From contig JBAXBB010000003.1 in assembly GCA_037142235.1 (NCBI GenBank), positions 1 to 45,669 on the forward strand: a stretch of DNA of 45,669 nt, written 5' to 3'. This document shows, in pieces, positions 17,866 to 28,347 of this stretch. The translations under genes were made by a program, and so were the position numbers. This stretch comes from Actinomycetes bacterium (lineage in GTDB: Bacteria; Actinomycetota; Acidimicrobiia; IMCC26256; PALSA-555). The notes under the pieces were generated by a model. That model did not search any database. It saw nothing but the letters and a program-made list of their open reading frames with translations, and was not told the DNA's origin. How positions within the stretch are numbered: position 1 is the first letter of the stretch; each line of letters starts with the position of its first letter.

Positions 17866-18240
17866 GTGTCGACGACCCCCACGTTGCCTCCCCTGACCGG
17901 CCCCGCCACCTGGTGGCGTCGCTTGTGCTGGGTCGCCGACGGTCGCATCGCCATCAGCGGCGACCTGCCGGTCGACCCCTCCCGGGCCCGGGCACAGCTC
18001 CGCGACTGGCGCGAGGCCGGCATCACCCACGTCGTCGACCTCCGCGAGGAGTGGACCGACGAGGCCGTTGTCGCCACCCACGCCCCCGAGAGCGCGGTGC
18101 TGTGGCGGCACACCCGCGGCGACCTGCCCGCGGCCGACGCCATCGACGCCGTCACCGCCGTGCGGGCCTGGCACCACGACAACTCCTGCGACGTCGGCTG
18201 GATCATCTCGCGCATCCGCCGGGCCGAGGACGACGAGTGA
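17866..18240 (+). CDS. Dual-specificity-phosphatase-like protein lacking the CX5R loop (possible internal deletion or pseudogene)
   Basis: N-terminal DSP-like WVADGRIAISGD and AGITHVVDLREE; no HCxxGxxR; 124 aa; GAGGAG RBS. Confidence 0.6.
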   Translation: MSTTPTLPPLTGPATWWRRLCWVADGRIAISGDLPVDPSRARAQLRDWREAGITHVVDLREEWTDEAVVATHAPESAVLWRHTRGDLPAADAIDAVTAVRAWHHDNSCDVGWIISRIRRAEDDE

Positions 18241-18307
18241 CCCCGCCCCGGCCCGCGATCCCCACGCCCACCTCCCACCTCTCCCACGCCTCCCGAAGGA
18301 GCGCTCC

Positions 18308-18955
18308 ATGCCCACCCCGAACCCGGGCCCCGAGCCCACCGTCCGAACCCGTACCCACGTCGTGATCGTGATCGACCGCTCCGGCTCGATGGGCTCCCTC
18401 CGGGGCTTCGTCGTGGAGGAGGCCAATCGCTTCCTCGAGCTGGTCAAACCGTCGACGGTCGTCACCGTCGCCCAGTTCGACGGCCAGGACCCATTCGCCC
18501 TGGTCGTCGACGGGCTGCCGGCCGCCGAGGTGACCCCGATCACCTACGACCAGTTCGAGCCGCGCGGCAGCACACCCCTCTACGACGCCGTCGGCACGGC
18601 GATCACCCGCACCGCTGGGGTCGTCGCCCGCGACGCCGCACTCGGCATCCGGACCGCCGTGGTGATGGGCATCATCACCGACGGGTGCGAGAACGCCAGC
18701 GTCGAGTACACCGAGCGCCAGGTGTCCGATCTGATCGAGCACTTCCAGGACACCGGTTGGCAGGTCTCCTACATCGGGCTCGGCCTCGGCGAGGAAGCCC
18801 ACCAGGCGGCCCAGGCCCTCAAGGTGCGCCCCGACAAGTCCCGCTCGTACGGCCGGAGCCCTGAAGGCGTGCGGGCCTCCTTCTCCGTCCTCCTCGACGA
18901 CGTCGACGACCTCGACGGGCGCGGTGAGCCCGGCTCGGCAACCGGAGCCGCGTGA
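18308..18955 (+). CDS. Stand-alone vWA domain protein
   Basis: MIDAS DRSGSM, PRGSTPLYDAVG, ITDGCENAS, W.VSYIG; AAGGAG RBS. Confidence 0.88.
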   Translation: MPTPNPGPEPTVRTRTHVVIVIDRSGSMGSLRGFVVEEANRFLELVKPSTVVTVAQFDGQDPFALVVDGLPAAEVTPITYDQFEPRGSTPLYDAVGTAITRTAGVVARDAALGIRTAVVMGIITDGCENASVEYTERQVSDLIEHFQDTGWQVSYIGLGLGEEAHQAAQALKVRPDKSRSYGRSPEGVRASFSVLLDDVDDLDGRGEPGSATGAA

Positions 18956-18956
18956 C

Positions 18957-18978
18957 CGTCTCACCCGGCGGTCATGCT
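18957..18978 (+). promoter_or_regulatory. Second PafBC/RecA-NDp-like promoter CGTC-N12-CATGCT (leaderless rmuC)
   Basis: CGTCTCACCCGGCGGTCATGCT, 7 nt before ATG 18986. Confidence 0.55.
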
Positions 18979-18985
18979 GGCGGGT

Positions 18986-20023
18986 ATGGAGATCGTGCTC
19001 GCCGTTCTCGTCGCTGTCCTCGTCACGCTGGTCGCGGTGGTCCTCGTCGTGGCGCTCCGGCGCCCCGGCAGCGCTCCGCCGCCACCCATCCCGCCCGGCC
19101 TCGACCCCGAAGCGCTGCTCGCGCCGATCCGGGAGCAGCTGCGCACGGTGGAGGCGCGGGTGTACCAGTCGCACGTCGACGCCGCCCAGGCGATGACCGC
19201 CCTCGACGGTCGCATCGAGCAGATCGCCCGGCAGAACGCCCAGCTCGCCGCGCAGGGCGATCGGCTCGGCGAGGCGACCACCCGGATCTCCACCGCGCTC
19301 CAGGGAACCGGAGTGGCCGGCGACTGGGGTGAGATGCAGTTGCGGCGCACGGTCGAGCTCGCCGGGCTCACCGAGCACGTCTCGTTCGTCGAACAGGAGA
19401 CGGTCACCACCGAGTCCGGCCGCCTCCGGCCCGACCTGGTCGTGATGCTCCCCGAAGGGCGCAACGTCGTCGTCGACGCCAAGGCACCGCTGATCGACTT
19501 CTCCGGCGCCGGCGGGCCGGCCGCGCAGGCGACGGCCCTGAAGGCCCACATCAACGACCTCGGCGCCCGCAACTACTCGGCCTACCTCCGGGGGGCGCTC
19601 GACTTCGTCGTGCTGTTCGTGCCCACGGAGGGGACCCTCGGCAGCTGCCTCAGCCACGACCCGTCACTCTCGGAGTACGCGATCTCGAAGCGCGTGCTGC
19701 TCGCCACTCCGATGACGCTGCTCGCGATGCTGCGAGCCGTGCAGTACGGGTGGATGCAACTCGCCTCGTACGAGAGCTCCCAGGAAATTGTCGACGACGC
19801 CGTGAAGCTCCACGACCGTCTGGCCACGTTCGTCGACCACCTCAACAAGGTGGGCAACGGCCTCCAGACCGCGGTCGCCAGTTACAACAACGCGGTCGGG
19901 TCGCTCCAGAGCAGCGTGCGACCGCAGGCGGTCCGGATGCGCGACCACGGTCTGGCCGTCACGAAGGAACTCGGTGAGCCACAGGCGCTCGCGCCGGAGA
20001 TCCGCTCGACCAACTGGCGCTGA
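18986..20023 (+). CDS. rmuC: DNA recombination protein RmuC
   Basis: N-terminal TM, coiled coil, GDWGEMQLRRTVELAG, RPDLVVMLP...VDAKAP (PD-(D/E)xK), DFVVLFVP, LATPMTL. Confidence 0.92.
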   Translation: MEIVLAVLVAVLVTLVAVVLVVALRRPGSAPPPPIPPGLDPEALLAPIREQLRTVEARVYQSHVDAAQAMTALDGRIEQIARQNAQLAAQGDRLGEATTRISTALQGTGVAGDWGEMQLRRTVELAGLTEHVSFVEQETVTTESGRLRPDLVVMLPEGRNVVVDAKAPLIDFSGAGGPAAQATALKAHINDLGARNYSAYLRGALDFVVLFVPTEGTLGSCLSHDPSLSEYAISKRVLLATPMTLLAMLRAVQYGWMQLASYESSQEIVDDAVKLHDRLATFVDHLNKVGNGLQTAVASYNNAVGSLQSSVRPQAVRMRDHGLAVTKELGEPQALAPEIRSTNWR

Positions 20024-20024
20024 G

Positions 20025-21647
<1,623 letters not shown>

Positions 21648-21654
21648 CCCCCGC

Positions 21655-22179
21655 TCACGGGCCGAACTGTCCCGAGACGGCGAGCGCGTCCGGCTCGACC
21701 ACCTTCCAGATGTCGACACGCTTCGGGACCACGAACGTCTCGAGGGTGACGAGCGGCTCGGTCCCACTGCTGAAGTTGACCATCGCCGGACCGGCCGGCA
21801 TGAAGAAGCATTGCCCCACGCCGTTGGTTCGCGAGCCCGGAACCCCCTCGATCCGCAGGACCGACTCCCCCTGAAGCACGCAGGTCGCGCCGCCGAAGGG
21901 GTGGGTGTGGATCGGGGCGCGGGTCCCCGGAGGGCGCTCCCCCCGGAACTGATACATGATCCGACCCTTGCCCAGCCGCTGCTCGAGGAGGAGCGTGACG
22001 GTGGCGGTGGTGACCGCTCCCGGCGGCACCTCGCCGTTGACGGTGGTGGCATCGTGGTGGGCGGGCCCCGAGCCCACCGTCGGTGCGGCACCCGCCGGCC
22101 GGGCCGCCACCACGAGGAGCCCGACAGCCAACGCGGCCGGAGGCAGCACGCGCCGGACGATGTGGTGGTGGGACAGCAC
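21655..22179 (-). CDS. Secreted cupin-domain protein
   Basis: Signal peptide; PGTRAPIHTHP...CVLQGE, GQCFFMPAG; TAACGT 6 nt upstream. Confidence 0.75.
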   Translation of the reverse strand: MLSHHHIVRRVLPPAALAVGLLVVAARPAGAAPTVGSGPAHHDATTVNGEVPPGAVTTATVTLLLEQRLGKGRIMYQFRGERPPGTRAPIHTHPFGGATCVLQGESVLRIEGVPGSRTNGVGQCFFMPAGPAMVNFSSGTEPLVTLETFVVPKRVDIWKVVEPDALAVSGQFGP

Positions 22180-22188
22180 CCGAGGACG

Positions 22189-23973
22189 TTACCGGCCGAG
22201 GCGGGCGGCGATCGCCGCGGTCAGCGCCGGCACGACCTCCTGCCAGTCGCCGACGAGGCCGACGTCAGCCACCGCGAACACCCCAGCGTCCGGATCGGAG
22301 TTGACTGCGAGCACGGTGCCGGCGTTGCGCACCCCGACCATGTGGTTGAACTTGCCGCTCGAGCCGATCGACACGAAGAGGGTCGGGGTGATCGAGCGAC
22401 CGGTGATGCCGATCTGGCGGGCGCGGGGGAGCCAGCCGGCGTCGGTGACCTTGCGCGTGGCGCCCAGCACCGCGCCCAGTGCCGCTCGCAACGGGTCCAA
22501 CGCCGGGTAGTCGACCGGATCGACGCCCCGCCCCACCCCGATCACCACGCAGGCTTCGGCCAGCACGTCGAGGTCGTCGTCGCGCCCACGATCGAGCACC
22601 CGCACGCGACCGCGAGGCTCCACCACCACCGTCGTCACGTCGACCGCGACCGCGGCCGCGGCGCGGGGCGCGGCGGTGTGGAGCACCCCCACGCGCACGG
22701 TGGCCATCTGCACCGGTGAGTCGGCGTGGACCGCCGCCACCAGCTGACCCCCGAACGCCGACTTCCACGCGACCAGCCGTCCATGGCCGGCTTCCAGGTC
22801 CACCGCGTCCCCGGTAAGACCGGCGCCGAGCACGGCCGCGACACGACCGGCGACCTCGCGACCCCACGTGGTGGAAGGCGACAGCACGGACCACGGATCT
22901 GCAGACCGTGCCCAGCCGGCGATCCCGGTTGCAACGTCCTCCGCCACCGCGGCACCGACGATCGCCACGACCGCGTCAGCACCCCACGCGGCGAGGACTT
23001 CCGGGTCGGGCGGCTCGACCGTGACCGCCACGGCGTGCCCGCCGACCGCCGCCGCGAGGGTCGCGGCGGCACCGAGGAGCTCACGCGTCTCGGCCGCACG
23101 CTCCGGCTCCACGATCACCGCGACCGGTGGACCCACGACCCCTCGCGACGAGAGAACGACACCCCGGTCACCCGCCGATTCCGCGCGCAGCGCGCCGCGC
23201 TGGTCCAGGATCGCCACCGCACGACTCACCTGGTCGGCCAGGTCACCGGCGAGCACCTCACCCACCCGTTCCGACCGAAGTGGCCGGACCTCACCCACCC
23301 ACGTGGGCGATCCGGCCTGACCCCATGGTCCGGCCCCGAGCTCGCCGGCCTGGACCGAACGGATCCGGTCGGCTGGCACCCCCTCCCGACCTTCCGGTGG
23401 GACCTTGCACGGGTCGATCAGGCGCTCCGCCGTCGACACCACCGCCGGGAGGTCCACCTCGACCGTGAGCCAGCCGTCGTCGGTCTCGCACTGCGCCTGC
23501 AACCGGTCACCGGTGGCCGTGAGCGCGCGGACCGCCGTGAGGAACGGCAGGTCGAGAAGCTGAGCGAGCTGCGGTCCGACCTGACCGGTGTCGGAGTCCA
23601 CCGAATTCCGCCCGGTGAGCACGAGGTCGAACGGCCCTTCGCGCGCGAGCACCGCGGCCAGGGCGCGGGCCGTGGCCAGGGTGTCGGAACCGGCGAACGC
23701 CGGATCCGAGACCAGCACCCCGCGCGCCTCCACCGACCGCTCCATGGCCCAGGCGATCGCCTCACGCAACACATCGGCGGCGATCGGCGGACCGAGGGTC
23801 ACGAACACGCACGCACCCCCACGGCGCGCGACCAGGTCCACGGCCTGCGCGACGGCACGCCGGCAATAGGGGTTCATCTCGAGGTCGAGGCCGTCGCGGC
23901 GGAGCCGCCCGTCTGGGCCGAGCTCCATCTCCTCGAAGGCCGGGATCTGCTTGACGAGTGCTGCGATCCGCAC
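22189..23973 (-). CDS. Fused electron transfer flavoprotein beta-alpha (EtfB-EtfA / FixA-FixB)
   Basis: N-terminal LVKQIP, NPY, GSDTLATA, DSDTGQVGP; C-terminal GVGRG, GATRKVTD, QIGITG, SGKFNHMVG, ADVGLVGD, all in one ORF. Confidence 0.92.
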   Translation of the reverse strand: MRIAALVKQIPAFEEMELGPDGRLRRDGLDLEMNPYCRRAVAQAVDLVARRGGACVFVTLGPPIAADVLREAIAWAMERSVEARGVLVSDPAFAGSDTLATARALAAVLAREGPFDLVLTGRNSVDSDTGQVGPQLAQLLDLPFLTAVRALTATGDRLQAQCETDDGWLTVEVDLPAVVSTAERLIDPCKVPPEGREGVPADRIRSVQAGELGAGPWGQAGSPTWVGEVRPLRSERVGEVLAGDLADQVSRAVAILDQRGALRAESAGDRGVVLSSRGVVGPPVAVIVEPERAAETRELLGAAATLAAAVGGHAVAVTVEPPDPEVLAAWGADAVVAIVGAAVAEDVATGIAGWARSADPWSVLSPSTTWGREVAGRVAAVLGAGLTGDAVDLEAGHGRLVAWKSAFGGQLVAAVHADSPVQMATVRVGVLHTAAPRAAAAVAVDVTTVVVEPRGRVRVLDRGRDDDLDVLAEACVVIGVGRGVDPVDYPALDPLRAALGAVLGATRKVTDAGWLPRARQIGITGRSITPTLFVSIGSSGKFNHMVGVRNAGTVLAVNSDPDAGVFAVADVGLVGDWQEVVPALTAAIAARLGR

Positions 23974-24017
23974 GGTGTCCGTCTCCCCGATCGGCGCCGA
24001 ACCCTAATGTCCGGGCG

Positions 24018-25196
24018 ATGGACGACGACGAACGGCTGAGTCGCAACGTGTACGTGGTCTCGGCGGTGTCGTTCTTCCAGGACACCGCCTCGGAGATCCT
24101 GTACCCGATCCTGCCCTTCTTCGTGGTGGGGGTGCTCGGTGCGCCACCGGCCGTGCTGGGCGCGATCGAGGGACTCGCCGATGGCCTTGCGTCGGCGATG
24201 AAAGCCCTCTCCGGGCGCCTCGCCGATCTCCGCCACCGCCGGCCGCTGGTCGCGACGGGCTACGGCGTCTCCGCCGGTGGCAAGGCGGTGTTGGCCCTGG
24301 CCGGTGGCTGGCCGCTGGTGCTGGTCGCCCGGGCCACCGACCGGGTCGGCAAGGGCCTGCGCGGCCCACCGCGTGACGCGATCATCGCCGACGAGACCAC
24401 ACCGGCCAACCGGGGGCGGGCGTTCGGGTTCCACCGGGCGGCCGACACCGCCGGGGCGGTCGTCGGGCCGCTGGTCGGCCTCGGCCTCTATTCGCTGCTC
24501 GACCACCGGTTCCGACCCCTGCTGTGGATCGCGGTCATCCCGGCCCTCATCAGCGTGGCGCTGGTGTTCGCCATCCGCGAGCGCCCCCATCCCCATCTGG
24601 GCAACGCTCCGCCCTGGAAGGTCCACGGGCTGGGGCGTCGCTACTGGCGCGTGATCGGGGTGATCGGTCTGTTCGCCCTCGTCAACTTCCCCGACACGTT
24701 GTTACTGCTGCGCGCCCGTGACCTCGGGTTCGGCTTCGCCCGCGTGGTCGTGCTCTACGTGCTCTACAACCTCTCGTACGCGTCCCTCTCGTATCCGGCC
24801 GGGCGGGTCTCCGACCGGCTCGACCGGCGGACCATCTTCGCCGTGGGCCTCCTCCTCTTCGCCTTCGCCTACCTCGGGTTCGGCGTGGCCGGCTCCGCGG
24901 GTTGGCTCTGGCTCCTGTTCCCGGTCTACGGCGGCTGGGCCGCCCTGACCGACGGCGTGAGCCGGGCCTGGGTCGCGGACCTGGTCCCGGCCGACCGCCG
25001 CGGAACGGCGCTCGGCATCCAGGCCGCCGTCAGCGGCTTCGGCATGTTGGTCGCGGGGATCTGGGCCGGACTGGCGTGGCAGGGCACCGGGCACTGGCCG
25101 TTCGTGATCTCCGGCGCGGTCGTGGCGATCCTCGCCGTGGTCGTGCTGGTACTCCGGGTCGGTGCGGAATCGGCCAGCGAGCCCGGGCCTCCTTGA
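24018..25196 (+). CDS. MFS transporter
   Basis: VSFFQDTASE, DRVGKGLRGPPRDAII, GRAFGFHRAADTAGA; TAATGT 7 nt upstream. Confidence 0.88.
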   Translation: MDDDERLSRNVYVVSAVSFFQDTASEILYPILPFFVVGVLGAPPAVLGAIEGLADGLASAMKALSGRLADLRHRRPLVATGYGVSAGGKAVLALAGGWPLVLVARATDRVGKGLRGPPRDAIIADETTPANRGRAFGFHRAADTAGAVVGPLVGLGLYSLLDHRFRPLLWIAVIPALISVALVFAIRERPHPHLGNAPPWKVHGLGRRYWRVIGVIGLFALVNFPDTLLLLRARDLGFGFARVVVLYVLYNLSYASLSYPAGRVSDRLDRRTIFAVGLLLFAFAYLGFGVAGSAGWLWLLFPVYGGWAALTDGVSRAWVADLVPADRRGTALGIQAAVSGFGMLVAGIWAGLAWQGTGHWPFVISGAVVAILAVVVLVLRVGAESASEPGPP

Positions 25197-25260
25197 CCCG
25201 GGATGAACCGCGACTGAACGCGCCGTCCCCGCTTCGGGTCGTCTCCATAGGTTGAGGGCC

Positions 25261-26046
25261 ATGACGACTTCGACGAGCGCAACGAGCGCGCGCGTGATGG
25301 CGAACAAGGTCCCCCAGGTCATCGTGGTGTTCTGGGTGATCAAGATCCTCGGCACGACCGTCGGCGAGACCGCGGCCGACTACCTCAACGAGCACCTCGG
25401 GCTCGGCCTCACCTGGACGACGGTGATCGTCGCGGCGGTGCTCACCGGGTTCCTCGTGCTGCAGTTCCGCGCGCACCGGTACGTGCCGTGGACCTACTGG
25501 ACCGTCGTGGTGCTCATCAGCATCGTCGGCACGTTGATCACCGACAACCTCACCGACCACTGGAACGTCAGCCTCGTGGTGAGCACGGCGGTCTTCGCCG
25601 TGCTCCTGACCGTCGTGTTCCTCGTCTGGTACCGGTTCGAGGGCACCCTCTCGATCCACACGATCACCACCACCCGGCGCGAGGCCTTCTACTGGCTCAC
25701 GATCCTCTTCACGTTCGCCCTCGGCACCGCCGCCGGCGACCTGGTCTCGGAGCGCGCCAACCTCGGATACTGGGAGGCAGGGCTGATCTTCGCCGGCCTC
25801 ATCGCCGGAGTGGCACTCGCCCACTTCCGCTTCGGCCTCGGAGAGGTTCCGGCGTTCTGGGCCGCCTACATCCTCACCCGGCCGTTCGGCGCTTCCCTCG
25901 GCGACTACCTCACCCAGACCAAGCCCGACGGAGGGCTCGGGCTCTCCGCCAACGGCGTCAGCCTGGTCTTCCTCGTGCTCATCATGATCGCCGTCGGGTA
26001 CCTCACCCGCCGGGAGAACCAGCGCCTGGCGTCTCTCTCAGCCTGA
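25261..26046 (+). CDS. COG4705/DUF347-like membrane protein
   Basis: NKVPQV..FWVIKI..TTVGETAAD, RREAFYW, GTAAGD, FWAAYILTRPFGASLGD; TAGGTT 7 nt upstream. Confidence 0.88.
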   Translation: MTTSTSATSARVMANKVPQVIVVFWVIKILGTTVGETAADYLNEHLGLGLTWTTVIVAAVLTGFLVLQFRAHRYVPWTYWTVVVLISIVGTLITDNLTDHWNVSLVVSTAVFAVLLTVVFLVWYRFEGTLSIHTITTTRREAFYWLTILFTFALGTAAGDLVSERANLGYWEAGLIFAGLIAGVALAHFRFGLGEVPAFWAAYILTRPFGASLGDYLTQTKPDGGLGLSANGVSLVFLVLIMIAVGYLTRRENQRLASLSA

Positions 26047-28338
26047 CGCCTCCACCGCGACCGGCACCCCGGCCAGCACGGCGTTGCCCGAGAGAGGATC
26101 GAGCACGGCGCCGTCGGTGAGAAGGTTGACGTTCACGCCGGCGTGGGCGTCGGCCACCCGCTGACGGGTCCCCGGAAGGCCATGCCCCCAGCCGTGCGGG
26201 ATGCTCACCACCCCGGGGCGAACCGCGTCGGTGACCTCCACCGGCACCTCCAGCGATCCGACCCGACTGCGCACCCGCGCCACCGACCCGTCGGCGATGC
26301 CCAGGTCCGCCGCGTCGTCCGGGTGCAGGTGGAGGGTGCAGCGAGATCGGCCCTTCACCAGCACCTCCACGTTGTGCATCCACGAGTTGTTGGAGCGGAG
26401 GTCGCGCCGCCCCACGAGCAGGAACGGATGGCCGGCGTCGACGGCGCTCCGGGTGAGCGACGGCACCAGCCGGTCGCGTACGTCGGCGACGATCTCGTCA
26501 CGGCACAGCTCGATGGCGCCGCTCGGGGTGCGCAACACGCTCGGCAGCCGGGGCTGGAGCGGGCCGAGGTCGATGCCGTGCGGATGGCGCTCGAGTTCGT
26601 CGAGCGTGAGCGCCGGGATCTCCCGCGTCCCGTCGTCGGTCGGCACCTCGACCGTGGCGCGTCGGCCGAAGTGATCACCGTACGGACCGGAACGGAGCAT
26701 GAGATCGAGCACCCGGGCGGAGCCTCGCCGGGGCGCCAACGCCGCCAGGACGTCTTCGCGGTCCCGACCGGCCAGCGGGCCGCCGTCCCGCGCGATCGCT
26801 TCGTCGACGAGGGTCGCGACCGTCAGGTCGTCGAGCACGGCCGGATTGGCGTCGGGTCCGAGCCCCGAGACGATCGACGCCAACCGCAAGAGGATCTCCG
26901 CGTCGTCGACGGTGTCGTCGACGGCCGTCACCGGAGGCGACCAGTTCGCCACGTTGCGCACCGCCAACTGCAGCAACGACAGGTCGTAGTGGCCTTTGGC
27001 GAGCAACGACGGCGAGGGCAGGATCACGTCGGCGTGGCGGGTCGTCTCGTTGACGTAGACGTCGACCGCCACCATGAAGTCGAGGCTCGCGAGCGCGGCG
27101 TCGAGGCGCGCGCCGTCGGGGGTGGAGACCACGGGATTACCTGCGATGGACACCAGCGCCCGGATCCGACCGGTGCCCGGGGTGTCGATCTCCTCGGCCA
27201 GGGCCGCGACCGGGAGCTCGCCCTGGACCTCGGGCGCGCCACGCACCCGGGAGTACCGACGACCGGTCCGGTAGCCGCGCCCCGGGCGGGCCGGGCCGGG
27301 CGGAGTCGCCGAGCCGGCGGCCGCGGTGGTGAACATCGCCCCACCCGGACGGTCGAGCGAGCCGACCAGCAGGTTCACCACGTCGACGAGCCAACTCGAC
27401 AACGTGCCGAACTCCTGGACGCAGGTGCCGATGCGGCCGTAGACCACCGATCGCTCGGTCGCGGCGAGGTCGCGGGCCAGGGCCACCACGTCGGCGGCGT
27501 CGATGCCGCACACGGCGGCGACCGCATCCGGGGTGAACGGCGCCGCGAGCTCGCGCAACACCTCGAGGTCGGCGGACGCCACGAACGGAGCGGCCACCCC
27601 GAGGTCCACCCGCGACTCGGCGAAGAGCGTGTGCACGATCCCGAAGAGAAGATGGGCGTCGGTCCCGGGGACGATCGGCAGGTGGAGGTCGGCCCGCTCG
27701 GCGGTCTTCGTCCGGCGCGGGTCGACGACCACAAGGCGTCCTCCCCGGGCGCGCAGGCGGTCGAGGCGACCAGGGAAGTCGGGTGCCGTGCACAACGACC
27801 CGTTCGACTCGATCGGATTCGCCCCGAGCACCAGGAGGAGTTCGGTGCGGTCGAGATCGGGCACCGGCACCGTGAAGCCGCCCCCGAAGAGGAACCCGCT
27901 CGACACGTGCTTGGGCATCTGGTCGACGGTGCTGGCGGAGAAGACCTGCGGTGTGGCCAACGCTCGCAGGAAGACCCGGCCGAACACGATCGACGACAAC
28001 GTGTGCACGTTGGGATTGCCGAGGTACGCCCCGACCGACTCCCGGCCGTGCTGCCTGATCACCCGTCCGAGACCCTCGGCGACCCTCGCCCACGCCTCGG
28101 GCCACGACACCTCGCGCCAGCCGTCGGCGTCGCGCAGCATCGGCGCTCGCACCCGGTCGGGGTCGGCATCGAGCCGTCCCAGCGCCGCGCCCTTCGGGCA
28201 CAAGAACCCTCCCGAGAACACGTCGTCGCGGTCGCCCCGCACCAGCACGACGCGGTCGCGGGCGTCGAGGTGCAACTCGAGGCCGCACGACGCCTCACAC
28301 AACGGACAGGTCCGGTACACCACTCGCTCGGCGTCCAC
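26038..28338 (-). CDS. Molybdopterin-dependent oxidoreductase with N-terminal 4Fe-4S
   Basis: CPLCEASC...CPKG, SASTVDQMPK, GANP, ETTRHADVILP, SNNSWMHN, HGWGH; TAGGGT 6 nt upstream of GTG 28338. Substrate unknown. Confidence 0.9.
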   Translation of the reverse strand: MDAERVVYRTCPLCEASCGLELHLDARDRVVLVRGDRDDVFSGGFLCPKGAALGRLDADPDRVRAPMLRDADGWREVSWPEAWARVAEGLGRVIRQHGRESVGAYLGNPNVHTLSSIVFGRVFLRALATPQVFSASTVDQMPKHVSSGFLFGGGFTVPVPDLDRTELLLVLGANPIESNGSLCTAPDFPGRLDRLRARGGRLVVVDPRRTKTAERADLHLPIVPGTDAHLLFGIVHTLFAESRVDLGVAAPFVASADLEVLRELAAPFTPDAVAAVCGIDAADVVALARDLAATERSVVYGRIGTCVQEFGTLSSWLVDVVNLLVGSLDRPGGAMFTTAAAGSATPPGPARPGRGYRTGRRYSRVRGAPEVQGELPVAALAEEIDTPGTGRIRALVSIAGNPVVSTPDGARLDAALASLDFMVAVDVYVNETTRHADVILPSPSLLAKGHYDLSLLQLAVRNVANWSPPVTAVDDTVDDAEILLRLASIVSGLGPDANPAVLDDLTVATLVDEAIARDGGPLAGRDREDVLAALAPRRGSARVLDLMLRSGPYGDHFGRRATVEVPTDDGTREIPALTLDELERHPHGIDLGPLQPRLPSVLRTPSGAIELCRDEIVADVRDRLVPSLTRSAVDAGHPFLLVGRRDLRSNNSWMHNVEVLVKGRSRCTLHLHPDDAADLGIADGSVARVRSRVGSLEVPVEVTDAVRPGVVSIPHGWGHGLPGTRQRVADAHAGVNVNLLTDGAVLDPLSGNAVLAGVPVAVEASG

Positions 28339-28347
28339 CACCCGACC

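Noticed and set aside
17866-20023. Prophage or genomic island remnant
   Set aside because: No integrase, att-like repeat, tRNA or evident compositional shift.
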